Part shown: positions 61,805-64,000 of the stretch, piece by piece
Numbering within the stretch: position 1 is the first letter of the stretch
Layout of the letters: every line of letters begins with the position of its first letter
Origin: Hydrolagus colliei
Taxonomy: Eukaryota
DNA: 64,000 nt
Direction of reading: 5' to 3'
Assembly: GCA_035084275.1 (NCBI GenBank)
Contig: CM068747.1
Span: 24,242,001 to 24,306,000, forward strand
Notes under the pieces: model-generated
The model's input: the letters and a program-made list of their open reading frames with translations, nothing else
Told to the model about the DNA's origin: nothing
The model's database searches: none
Made by a program: the position numbers and the translations under genes

Positions 61805-64000
61805 AAACATGTAAAAACTGGTTACATAGACCATATACAATATATTTTAACAGAAGCATGCTTTAAGGCTTTGTTTCTAGGTCTCATTAGACCACACATT
61901 GACATTTCATTGGCAATCAAAAGAACTTTTTGGAAATAAATTCTGCTGTTGCAATTTCTTGTTACAGTTAAGCTGTAATAAGGCTCGACATTCCTGCCAG
62001 AAGTTTTAAAATAAAATTACAACAAAAGTTACTGTATGATAACATAAGAGCAGCATTCAAATAAGTTTTCTTTAGCAGCAACAATACAAAACTGTTATTA
62101 CACTCCGTTTGGTCTAAACTGAATAATTACTTAATTGTAGAAGTTTGGTACATTAGAGTTCACTAACACTGGTATACAAAAACAGTCAAATATTTGCATG
62201 CTTCCCTGATTTTTTTTGAACTGTCAATGTGGAGGAATAGAAACTTAGCAATGGCACTAGCCTGTATTTTCCATTCAAAAATGTGGACACTTCATGGAGA
62301 CAGTAAAACAGAACTGACTAGATGGCTTAGAATGCCAACATGTAGACTGATTGTAAATAGGCAATTCAATTTGCACATAAATTTGACAATATTGTATAAC
62401 CCTGTGCACCTCTGAAAGAAGATTTAAACAAAAAAATCTCTGCATCAACATTCTTAAACCATTCCTGCAAAATGTTCATTGGAGAGATCCACAGCAAATA
62501 AAAAATTCATTTAACTTGTACAGAAACATTTTGATACAAGGAACATAATCTTTAACAAAAAAAGTACAGTGTAAAAAATACAGAGCTTATGTTTGACAAT
62601 CTACATAGGCAAGTTTCTGCCAAACTTCATCAATCGATTTCAGTGCAGTTAATATTCTGGAAATACGTTTGTCTTTAAGCAATGTATTGACAGTTTATGC
62701 AATACTGGTAGTTAATTTTAGAGCAGGAAGTTACACAAACGTTAATAAGCTGATAAGCAAGTAGCCTAAAATCTCAGCATACAGAACTGCTAAATGATTC
62801 ACATAGCAAATGAGAACAATATTGAAGTCAGTTTGAATAAACTAGTCAAATGGAAAGAAGCACCAAGGAATTTTCACTCATGATTTGAAATGCACTTATG
62901 TTAGTAAATCTAATACTATTTTTGTACAATATGAGGTACACAAGTGTTTTTAGACAGAAATCCATCATGATTTGGATAAACTATCCATTAGCATTTGTGT
63001 AAGACTATTATAACATAAAAGAAACTTTGTTGCTTTAATATTTAGTCATCCAGTCTCCTATCAAAACAATATAATATGGAGAAACACGCCTTGATGTTTC
63101 TCTATAAATGCACATTTATTTTTTCTCACTCATATATACAAGCATTTAAATACCGTCTTAACACAACAATGCTTTGTACGGCTTTGAAACAGCATAGGTA
63201 ATGAACAATCACAATATTTTATGTTATCAATACCTTTTATAAGCTTTCAAAAAAAGGATAATTTTATCTGTTGGCAAACCAGACTTAAAAATAGTAAGTG
63301 TACATTTCTTCATGCAAAAAACTGACTATCGAGCACTGGCTATACTAAAGACAAACTGATCATTCTGAACATTATTGTATACATTACAGTTCCAACTGGT
63401 TAAGTGAATTTTCAAGTAATTTTCTCAGGTTCCTTTCCGACCCCGTTCCTCTCCCTGTACAACACAATCCCTCAAACAAGAGCACAAGTTCTCTATTTTC
63501 TTTTAAAAAAAACGCTCCACATCCAATTCACATTTGCCTTGACATTCCGGAACCTCAACATGCGGAAAAGTGAAAGAGAAAACCGAAATCAATAAATACA
63601 ATTGACCTGAACAGCAAGTTGCCCTCTTTAATGAGGGCCCACAAAGTGTGCTGTGCACGAAATGAGTTAAATCACTAAGTTACTTCTGCCAGTTGAAATT
63701 TAAAATTCAAATACCATTAAAAAAAATCTAAAATACAACTCCTTAGATAAGGTACATTTTAAAGCAGAAATACAGCAACTGGAAGGAAAAGCAATTCTGT
63801 AATGAATGAGCCTATTTTTAAAACAAATTCCAGAAGGTGAGGTGTAGACAAGGTTGTTGCTGAACTAAATAATCTTTGCAGCTCATATTGGACTGGTATA
63901 TTTATTTACTGGTTGGCACCATTCCCTGCATTTGGTAATTCTAAAAAAATACTTTGAATACCAATGTTTGTGAGAAAAATCACATCAATCTCTGAACCAA
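61780..64000 (-). other. Probable distal 3' UTR of a minus-strand gene lying beyond the window
   Basis: No recognisable repeats, U-rich on the minus strand, Pumilio element TGTATATA (63133-63140), several conserved-miRNA seed matches, and a terminal AATAAA with a GU/U-rich downstream element. Confidence 0.65.

Overview
Eukaryotic, AT-rich, essentially non-coding vertebrate DNA. The repeat content points to a cartilaginous fish, most likely a holocephalan such as Callorhinchus (inferred from memory of repeat families, not from a search). It includes about 24 copies or fragments of a young tRNA-headed SINE ending in (ATT)n, older Deu-domain SINEs, L2 LINE 3' fragments ending in (TTG)n and CR1 LINE fragments. 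I could not support any intact protein-coding exon. Almost all listed ORFs are chance or repeat-derived. The last ~2.2 kb look like the distal 3' UTR and poly(A) site of a minus-strand gene whose coding part lies beyond the window. The unexplained signals are: (i) a frameshifted coiled-coil + BEN-domain-like relic at ~32.3-32.8 kb; (ii) two ancient double-palindrome elements at ~6.5-6.9 kb and ~23.4-23.6 kb, Eulor/Crypton-like in architecture; (iii) an unassigned ~140-180 bp element present twice in inverted orientation 40 kb apart; (iv) several repeat-free, motif-dense blocks that look like enhancers. All coordinates and alignments were made by eye, so ends are approximate.
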